DNA of 36,660 nucleotides from NCBI GenBank assembly GCA_051382305.1, contig JBBCAV010000133.1:1-36660 (forward strand). Reading direction: 5' to 3'. Source of the DNA: Bdellovibrionota bacterium FG-2. GTDB lineage: Bacteria; Bdellovibrionota; UBA1018. Within the stretch, counting starts at the first letter, position 1. Each line of letters begins with the position of its first letter. Shown here piece by piece: positions 1 to 6,619 of this stretch. A program made the translations under genes and the position numbers. Below the pieces are notes generated by a model. The model was not told the DNA's origin. It saw only the letters and a list, made by a program, of their open reading frames with translations, and made no database searches.

Positions 1-171
1 CCAAAATCTAAGTTGTGGTAACCGATATTTTGACAGAGTGCGGGATAGTGACGCTACCAGGTAATTCAACCAAAACTGCGCACCGCATCTAAGTAACAGA
101 TATTTTGAGGCAATTCGCATACGGAGGCTATGTGGCGTTTCGCCATGATAGTGTGGTAAAGTGGATGTTAT

Positions 172-528
172 GGGGACGATCCGGCTTCGACGGGAGTCTT
201 GAAGTCCTAGATGCATGCGGAGGGGCCACAGGCCTCCTAAAAAAGTGGCAACTTGTAATTGACAACAATTACGCAATGGCTGCCTAGTTAATTAATTAAT
301 TAAGCTACCCGTTTTACCTGTTCTCGCCCATGGTTCAGGATAAAACGTCATTTAGTGGGCTAGTTTTCCAGGTCTCGTAGGCGCCCGGATTGCGAAACTA
401 AAGTCTGCGGAGGGTCGCTTAAGTTTGTTTGTGGACGTTTGCGACTCAATCTAAAACACAGACTAAGCATGTAGATGCTGGCGATGGATGGCTTTCGGAC
501 GTGGGTTCAACTCCCACCGTCTCCACCA
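172..528 (+). ncRNA. ssrA: transfer-messenger RNA (tmRNA)
   Basis: 5' GGGGACG pairs with 3' CGTCTCC-A-CCA (acceptor stem with G3:U alanine determinant, encoded CCA). T-arm GTGGG-TTCAACT-CCCAC at 501-517. Internal tag frame ends in YAMAA*. Confidence 0.97.
261..287 (+). other. tmRNA proteolysis tag reading frame (A)DNNYAMAA*
   Basis: GAC AAC AAT TAC GCA ATG GCT GCC TAG inside ssrA, matching the typical YAxAA C-terminus. The exact resume codon is inferred. Confidence 0.85.
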
Positions 529-611
529 AATTAAGTCAGGGAAGTTGGTCAGAATAGAAGTAAAGTATCGGAACTCATAACAAAAGGTTTCAGGTACTTA
601 GCAAGATCAGC

Positions 612-684
612 GGCCAAACTCATTACCCAGAAATACCGAATAATACATTTCTGGGCTGAGTTTGGCCTGACTTTGGGCTGAGTG
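612..684. repeat. imperfect inverted repeat plus three tandem 11-bp direct repeats (candidate integrase arm-type sites)
   Basis: GGCCAAACTCA(612-622)/TGAGTTTGGCC(657-667) and CCCAGAAAT(626-634)/ATTTCTGGG(647-655). Direct repeats TGGGCTGAGTT, TGGCCTGACTT, TGGGCTGAGTG at 652-684. Confidence 0.55.
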
Positions 685-804
685 AATCGCGGCTTCCAAA
701 AAATCTCCATTTCAATGTCTACGCAGCTTAGCTTTATGGAATCATTTGTCTATTTTGCGTAGACCCAAGAGCGTTTTTTTCTTCCACGAAGGGGAACAAA
801 CGCC

Positions 805-1143
805 ATGAAAAGAAGTCAGCAAAAAAAACTCACCCATCACTCAAAAATTCTGCAATTCATGCGGCGGTCCAAGCGCATTTCGATGCGCGAGGCAGGCCGG
901 AGAATCAACTTTTCGGACTCAACCATTAGCCACATTGAGCAAGGCCGAATGGACGTTTCGCCTGAACGCATTCGACTCATTGTCGAAAGCTATGGGTACA
1001 CGATGCCCGAGTTCGAGGAATTCATGGCCGGTAAGGCCATCCCCATACTCAGCATCAAGGAAGAGTGCTTCGCTTTGATTGAGCAGTTGGACGAGAATAA
1101 GCTCCGGGCGGTGCACGGAATGTTGGTGGGATTTGCGCGTTAG
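805..1143 (+). CDS. XRE-family helix-turn-helix transcriptional regulator
   Basis: LQFMRRSKRISMREAGRRINFSDSTISHIEQGRMDVS is a Cro/CI-type HTH. RBS AAGGGG upstream. Confidence 0.85.
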   Translation: MKRSQQKKLTHHSKILQFMRRSKRISMREAGRRINFSDSTISHIEQGRMDVSPERIRLIVESYGYTMPEFEEFMAGKAIPILSIKEECFALIEQLDENKLRAVHGMLVGFAR

Positions 1144-1182
1144 GCAGGGACCACGGTCGAATCCGTGGCCCCAGTGGAGGTG

Positions 1183-1647
1183 CTACCCCGCCGCTTCGAG
1201 TTCGCCTTCGGCTTCATCGAGATAGTTCTCAATATCGTGGGGCCAGTAGTGTGTCGATCCGCCATCGAAGGTGATGAGATTTTCCTCGCTCACCTCCTGG
1301 TCAATGTACTCCGATTTGGCGAGATCCCAAGAGACAGGATCGAGTTCTTTGAGGGCGCTGACTGTATCATAGGTGATCCAGCCGATCTTCACTTCTTCAG
1401 GGTAACACTGGCTCACGGAATCCTCGAAGGCTGCATCAATGTCGGCCGCTTTGACGTTCAATTCGACCAGATAGTTGCGTACCCACGTGATATTCCAGTC
1501 GACGCCGACCCCATCGACGATTCGCATCAAATCATCCGAACCGCAAGAGCGGCAGACTCCCGAGGGCGCTGTCTTGTAACAGCCGTAACAAAACGGTTTG
1601 CTCTTCTTCCACGCGATCGCTTCAAGTCTCTTCATTAGCTCTTCCAT
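1183..1647 (-). CDS. hypothetical protein with N-terminal zinc-ribbon-like motif
   Basis: CYGC...CRSC Cys pairs, acidic C-terminal part, strong RBS AAGGAG. Confidence 0.75.
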   Translation of the reverse strand: MEELMKRLEAIAWKKSKPFCYGCYKTAPSGVCRSCGSDDLMRIVDGVGVDWNITWVRNYLVELNVKAADIDAAFEDSVSQCYPEEVKIGWITYDTVSALKELDPVSWDLAKSEYIDQEVSEENLITFDGGSTHYWPHDIENYLDEAEGELEAAG

Positions 1648-1707
1648 ATGAGTTCTCCTTTACACTTTAAGTTTGATGTTTTGGTTTGAGGCCGAAGCCC
1701 GAGCCGC

Positions 1708-2094
1708 TTACGCGGCCCGGGACTTCTTTTCGTAAGGGAGACCAAGAATGTGCATGTAGGCGTGGCGATGATTCACAATCCGGCCCATGTTTCCTGGCAG
1801 ATAAATCGTCACCCATTGACCATCTTGGCTGAGTGCCATGCTGACTTTCGCTTGAAGGCCCAGGCGCGGAACGAACTCCCGCTTTTCGGTTGCGGGTGCT
1901 TTGGGCGTGTACTCGATCCCAAGGAGCCCCTTGAAGCGATTGACGTGCTCGGTGATCGTGATTTCGCCGGGAAGGAAGATGTACACGTACTCGCCGGTTT
2001 TGCCCAGCACTGGCATCACGTTTGTGATGAAGCCCGCGCGCTCTTTGTTCTGTTCGATCGCCTGATTCTTAGTTTCGTTCTGATTCGTTTTCAT
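1708..2094 (-). CDS. hypothetical protein with internal tandem duplication
   Basis: ATG at 2094 with GGAG RBS. Two similar units: GEYVYIFLPG..HVNRFKGLLGIEYTPK and GQWVTIYLPG..HRHAYMHILGLPYEKK. Confidence 0.75.
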   Translation of the reverse strand: MKTNQNETKNQAIEQNKERAGFITNVMPVLGKTGEYVYIFLPGEITITEHVNRFKGLLGIEYTPKAPATEKREFVPRLGLQAKVSMALSQDGQWVTIYLPGNMGRIVNHRHAYMHILGLPYEKKSRAA

Positions 2095-2100
2095 TGTCTT

Positions 2101-2328
2101 CTCCAATTTGGTTTGTGTGTTTTGGGATGTTTTTTCGCTGCATCCCTTTCACCCAGAGAAGGGATGCAGATGAAAAAAAAGCGATTGGAGGAATCAGTCC
2201 CCGGCGTCGGCCTTCAGGGCAAAGGGAGTGACGGAGCGTAGCGAGGGCGCGAGTCTTTGCGCGACGACGGATCAGGACTGATTCGGGGAAATCGCGAGCT
2301 AACAAAACATAAACAATGCCAATTGGAG
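2101..2328. promoter_or_regulatory. large multi-stem folded element upstream of the leftward genes (ssi/Frpo-like candidate)
   Basis: Stems CTCCAATT(2101-2108)/AATTGGAG(2321-2328), CTGCATCCCTT(2138-2148)/AAGGGATGCAG(2159-2169), GAATCAGTCC(2191-2200)/GGACTGATTC(2275-2284). Contains GGAGCGTAGCGA. Function inferred. Confidence 0.45.
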
Positions 2329-3041
2329 TCCGAAAACGAATGAACTCGAAATAGGATTATGGCGTGAACAGGATTTACGCGCGCTTACGGCTTACATCAT
2401 GACGTTGCATGTGTGCTGCATTTTCGTGAGTACGTTTGCTCTCTCCTCCCAAGCCACGATCCATCCCGTGCCTCAACGCTTCGCGGGCCTTGGGATTGAT
2501 GAATTACGCCCGAGCATTGTAAGCGAAGACGAGCGTGTCTCGGTACTCCTGGGCGCCCCCCGGGCCTCGCGAAAGTCTGCAAAGCCTCGCAGGTCTTGGC
2601 GGTGGGATGGCGAATTTGCCGTGCATTTGGGCGGTTGTGTATTAAGCACCGCTGTGCTCACCTTTGGCTACCGCGAAAAGTCCCGTCCGCGAAACGCCGC
2701 CGGACTTTGGCACACAGGGGCCATCACCAAAACATCAGCGTAAAACCGTGACAAGTGAACGAGTTGGAAAAAGCTAAGGAGCACAGACTTGCTTCGCGTG
2801 AAGTCGGAAGAAGCTTGATCCGTTTCGCTACGGCCTTTCCAGGCAGGACGCCCCCCGGTGTACATCGCTTTGGGCACAATGGTTTTGCGGCTTCTTGGGC
2901 CATGGGATCGGCCCGAGGAGCGTATCGAGGTAAAGCTACATTACCTGGCGAAAGTTCCCGATCGCGAAGGCGGATCATGGGCCTCTTCGTGATCTCCGCG
3001 TCTTGGACTCCCTGTCATTGTGAAGGGAGATCCAATTCGCT

Positions 3042-3209
3042 ATGATCAAGAAAAAGCCTGAATCGAGCCTCGTAATCGACTTGAACATTCATTACCAGGG
3101 TAAGGCGTACTGCTTCACCTTGGGCCGAATCCTCCGATGGCTTCTGCCATTGGCACTCGTGATCGCAAAGCTGATTTCGCAGCTGCGCGAAAGCGCTGCT
3201 TCCACTTAG
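3042..3209 (+). CDS. small 55-aa protein with hydrophobic/amphipathic segment (below ORF-track cutoff)
   Basis: MIKKKPESSLVIDLNIHYQGKAYCFTLGRILRWLLPLALVIAKLISQLRESAAST*. RBS AAGGGAG at 3023-3029 lies inside a hairpin. Confidence 0.45.
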   Translation: MIKKKPESSLVIDLNIHYQGKAYCFTLGRILRWLLPLALVIAKLISQLRESAAST

Positions 3210-3480
3210 GGAGGCGCCATGCCCAAGGATGGGCAAAGATGGGCAAGCCGGGCACTCACGCAACTACCGCGACGCGTTGTAAAAATTACAATTCTTTTCA
3301 ACTTTCCTGAAACCGGCGAGAGCCTGAAAACATCAATAATTTCCATCAGATCAAAGAAGGTGCCGTCCCAAGAGAGGCACGTACACTATCTCTTCATGCT
3401 GCACGGTGTCGTTATGACAATAAAACATTCACAAATGAATTCATATACTTACATGCAAAATCGAGATCTCATTAATGTCC

Positions 3481-3499
3481 TTTTCAAGAAACTTGAAAA
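3481..3499. promoter_or_regulatory. perfect palindrome TTTTCAAG-AAA-CTTGAAAA, candidate enhancer-binding-protein site
   Basis: 8-bp perfect inverted repeat ~110 bp upstream of the sigma54 motif. A second TTTCA-N7-TGAAA copy lies at 3296-3312. Confidence 0.45.
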
Positions 3500-3606
3500 C
3501 ATCCCCCCTTCCCGGGGGTCCATCCTTCTGCTTCAACCGGACCTATAATCATTTTTCACCCATCATTTCAACCCCTTCCACGCCTTCGTAACGCAGATAC
3601 TCTCTT

Positions 3607-3622
3607 TGGCCCAAAGCTTGCT
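3607..3622 (+). promoter_or_regulatory. sigma54 (-24/-12) promoter of the YcaO operon
   Basis: TGGCCCAAAGCTTGCT = GG-N10-GC with TGGC and TTGCT consensus, 30 nt before an RBS-preceded ATG at 3652. Confidence 0.75.
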
Positions 3623-3651
3623 CTATGCCCCGCACGAAAGGGGGCTTCTAT

Positions 3652-4713
3652 ATGTTTGGGTCACTTCAAGATTTGTTCAGGTCGAATATGAATTCAAAAC
3701 AATACACCCCCTTTCTCGTTGGCGTACCCGTGATCTTGCCAACGGGAGAAAAACTCGTCCTTAAAATTTCCCCACCACAACCCATGAAGACGGAGGGCTT
3801 TCGCTTTTCAAAATTCTACTACTGCACCGAAATTCGCGGCGGAGGGTTTCACGAGGCGGGCTTTGGTGAAGCAGAGTTTCCACTTCTCGCGATTCAAAAA
3901 AGTATTTCCGAAGCCGTCGAGCGCATCCTCTTTAGAGCATTGAAGGGAACCACCCACGGAACCCCCAATTCAAACGGATGGGCGGCCCATGTAAACAAGG
4001 AGGCCGCGAAGAAAGCCGCGCTCTACGAATTGCTTGAGCGCGACGCCGTTCTTGTCCATTGGTTTTCCAAAACGCCTTTTTCCAGGATTCAGAATAACGA
4101 GTTGCCAAAATGGCTTCCGGCGTGGTCTGACCAAAATCTTAAAAAATCCGTATTCCCCGAAGTCCGCGTCCTAATTTCGCACGCCGGTCACGCTCCAACA
4201 GTTTCAACGCAGTTTTTGAACGCTGACGGCCATGGGGTCATCTCCCATGCGGCCGGGGACTCGCTAGAAAATGCGCTTGTACGGGCCTTTGCAGAGACGT
4301 GCCGATTAGCGAGGATGGCCGTGTCTCACCGCTACTATACCACTTCGAGACAACTTCTTGATTTTGAGACCCCGCTGACCACAAACCCCGTGGGACCCGC
4401 CGAACAGGCGGTCGCCTACGCACATCATTTCAGATTTCCTGCGTGGCTCTCTGACGAAACGATTCATTGGAAACAAGCGAAGGCGCAGTGGAATCGCCAT
4501 CTTCGTCAATTCACCAAAAACCCGATTCGTCACGAATTTAACGAGATTATCGCCTCCCCTCTGTCCGCCGGATATTGCACGAGTCCCGATGTGCAAAACC
4601 TGTTCTTTGGGAGGACAGAGGACGCGAAGCAGAAGAATATTTTAAACTTTGAGCGACTTGGTCGTTTGAAAACACTGGAAGCGATCAATCAACTTCCTCA
4701 TTTTGTAGCATGA
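3652..4713 (+). CDS. YcaO-family ATP-dependent peptide backbone-modifying enzyme
   Basis: YcaO ATP-binding motifs GFG...KSISEAVER and SNGWAAH...AALYELLERDA, plus RAFAE. C-terminus LPHFVA. Start moved to 3652 because it follows an RBS and lies downstream of the promoter. Confidence 0.88.
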   Translation: MFGSLQDLFRSNMNSKQYTPFLVGVPVILPTGEKLVLKISPPQPMKTEGFRFSKFYYCTEIRGGGFHEAGFGEAEFPLLAIQKSISEAVERILFRALKGTTHGTPNSNGWAAHVNKEAAKKAALYELLERDAVLVHWFSKTPFSRIQNNELPKWLPAWSDQNLKKSVFPEVRVLISHAGHAPTVSTQFLNADGHGVISHAAGDSLENALVRAFAETCRLARMAVSHRYYTTSRQLLDFETPLTTNPVGPAEQAVAYAHHFRFPAWLSDETIHWKQAKAQWNRHLRQFTKNPIRHEFNEIIASPLSAGYCTSPDVQNLFFGRTEDAKQKNILNFERLGRLKTLEAINQLPHFVA

Positions 4714-4734
4714 CGTAAAGTGGAGGTAATACTT

Positions 4735-5085
4735 ATGTCGATTATTAGAAATTCCATTGTAGTTATTCTAACCAGCCTTGGGCTTTTTTCGGCAAGCTCG
4801 CGAACCTTGGTTGCTTTTGCAGCCGAAGCGGAGCCCGCAAAAGCCGACACAAGATCTAACGGCGCTCAAGCAGCAATCGGTGACGAGGGACCCGGCACTC
4901 TATTAACCAGTGACGAGCAGGAGCACCTCAACGGGGAACTTGCAAAACTTCAGAGTGAATTCACGGCAGACGAGATCAATGCACTCATCTTCACCCTTCA
5001 AAACGGTAAAATTGATGTCCTTGGCAAGCGAGGCGAACTCATAAAGACCCTTAAAACTGGCTTAGACCACCCCACCTCGATTTGA
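4735..5085 (+). CDS. secreted 116-aa protein, candidate RiPP precursor / pro-peptide
   Basis: Strong RBS GGAGGT. Sec-type signal peptide (MSIIRNSIVVILTSLGLFS...AFA/AE). Directly downstream of YcaO. Precursor role is inference. Confidence 0.7.
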   Translation: MSIIRNSIVVILTSLGLFSASSRTLVAFAAEAEPAKADTRSNGAQAAIGDEGPGTLLTSDEQEHLNGELAKLQSEFTADEINALIFTLQNGKIDVLGKRGELIKTLKTGLDHPTSI

Positions 5086-5088
5086 TTT

Positions 5089-6594
5089 ATGAATCACGCA
5101 AAGGCATGGATAGTTATCGGAGTAGTTACTCTCGGAGGAATGATGGAAAACGTAAACGCAGCGACTAACGCCAAAAAACAGGAGCTTCGAACCTATCTTT
5201 CGTATTCGCTCCCCATTGATCCTGCCCGAGTAATCACCTTGACCGAGATGGACATGTCCTATGCGTTGGGCTCGACACTCGTTGAAATGGACGACAGCAA
5301 ACAGATCGTGGGCGGCTTATCCTCTCATTGGTCAATAATGGGAGATCGAACCTATCGCTTTCAACTCAGCGAAAAGGCAAAGTGGTCAGACGGTAGCAAA
5401 ATCACCTGCACGGACATCAAGAAAAGTTTCGCGCGCGCCAAACAAGATCACCAAGCGGATCTTCGGTCCCTTTTTGATCGCATAGGTTCAATCGAGTGTA
5501 TTGCTGAAAACCAAATTGATTTCCACCTCAAGGACGCCGAAAAAGACGGCTCTTTTCTCAAAAAACTTACCGAACCGATGTACGGCGTGGTCAAGACGGA
5601 TGCCAACGGGCATCTCGACCTTCGCCTAAGCAGTGGCCCCTTTTCGCTTCAGTCTCAAAGCACTCTGGAATTAACCCTGAAAAAGAACCCTCATTGGGTG
5701 CATCCTGCCGAGGAGTTGGCTGAATCCATCATCATAAAGCAGCCAAGCCGAGAGGCATCTCTTCAAGGAAAACTTCAAGACCCATGGCCAAACATCATCG
5801 CGGCGCACTCCCTTATGGAAGAGGAACTCTCGGCCCGCATTCAGGCACAAGGATTTCATACTTGGGCCAGAAATTTGGATCGCACCTTTTGGTTCATATT
5901 TATGGGAAAGAAACAGATCACCGAGGATGAACGCGGGCTGTTTCTATTTTTGTCTCAGAATTTAACTCGCCAAACGTTGATGACAAATCTCATGGCGAAC
6001 TTAAAGGGCTATACCGCTGGCCAAGAAGTGTTTCCGAGGGGCTACGCCCTCTACGGGGAAACTAAGCAGGAGCAAAGGGCTGCCGCCACCCTTCCCGAAA
6101 TTTATAAGAGCCGAAAACTCAAAATCCTGATCAGCCCGGACCGAGTTTCTAAAAAATTGCAGGACAATCTCTCGAAAGCCATTGAGCAGGCAACCGGCAA
6201 AGCTCCCGAGTATAAGGAGGTGCCAATCAGTGAAGTGTCTTCAACGGCAAAACAAGGGGGATTCGATTTTTATGTCGGATCAGTAGGTGTTGCTGATTCG
6301 AATCTGGATGGAGCCCTTTCGTATTTTCTAGAACTCAACCCCACGTCGATTCCCTCTGGAACGGGAGAACAAGACTACGCAGGCAGGCTTGGCCGGGCCA
6401 GATCCCTTGAATCAGAAGAAAAAAGAATTCGCGAATTTCGGGCCATAATGCTGGATGTGACCCGCAATGGTTATGCACTGCCCCTGTTTCATTTCTCCAC
6501 AACTGTTTTTGCTAGCCCCGATATCGATCTTTCGCAAATTCCGGTCACGGACGAGTCCGTGAGTTTTGCTAAGGTCAGGTTTTCGGGGAAATGA
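5089..6594 (+). CDS. family-5 extracellular solute-binding protein (OppA/DppA-like), no cognate permease nearby
   Basis: Signal peptide, IDPA..., and LSSHW..MGDRTYRFQLSEKAKWSDGSKIT..D, typical of SBP_bac_5. Confidence 0.88.
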   Translation: MNHAKAWIVIGVVTLGGMMENVNAATNAKKQELRTYLSYSLPIDPARVITLTEMDMSYALGSTLVEMDDSKQIVGGLSSHWSIMGDRTYRFQLSEKAKWSDGSKITCTDIKKSFARAKQDHQADLRSLFDRIGSIECIAENQIDFHLKDAEKDGSFLKKLTEPMYGVVKTDANGHLDLRLSSGPFSLQSQSTLELTLKKNPHWVHPAEELAESIIIKQPSREASLQGKLQDPWPNIIAAHSLMEEELSARIQAQGFHTWARNLDRTFWFIFMGKKQITEDERGLFLFLSQNLTRQTLMTNLMANLKGYTAGQEVFPRGYALYGETKQEQRAAATLPEIYKSRKLKILISPDRVSKKLQDNLSKAIEQATGKAPEYKEVPISEVSSTAKQGGFDFYVGSVGVADSNLDGALSYFLELNPTSIPSGTGEQDYAGRLGRARSLESEEKRIREFRAIMLDVTRNGYALPLFHFSTTVFASPDIDLSQIPVTDESVSFAKVRFSGK

Positions 6595-6619
6595 GATAGG
6601 ACAAACCCAAACAAAACCT

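Noticed and set aside
105-287. 60-aa ORF ending in DNNYAMAA
   Set aside because: It overlaps the tmRNA. Only the last 8 codons are meaningful, as the tag frame.
652-684. Short tandem repeats as a CRISPR array
   Set aside because: 11-bp units with no spacers and no cas genes.
1165-2241. + strand ORFs 1165-1638 and 1750-2241
   Set aside because: Antisense shadows of minus-strand genes that have clear RBSs and more protein-like sequence.
2928-2950. Possible oriT nick site (hairpin followed by TTACCTGGC)
   Set aside because: Only a loose resemblance to MOBP-type nic sites, and no relaxase in the window. Not called as a feature.
2397-3045. Several overlapping 60-114 aa ORFs on both strands
   Set aside because: No RBS or recognisable motif, Arg/Pro/Ser-rich composition. 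The region is better explained as structured non-coding DNA.
3219-3548. 109-aa ORF upstream of YcaO as a possible precursor
   Set aside because: It runs through the AT-rich palindrome-bearing regulatory region upstream of the sigma54 promoter and has no precursor-like features.
3625-3651. ORF-track start of YcaO at 3625
   Set aside because: It lies upstream of the predicted sigma54 TSS (~3633). ATG 3652 has an RBS.
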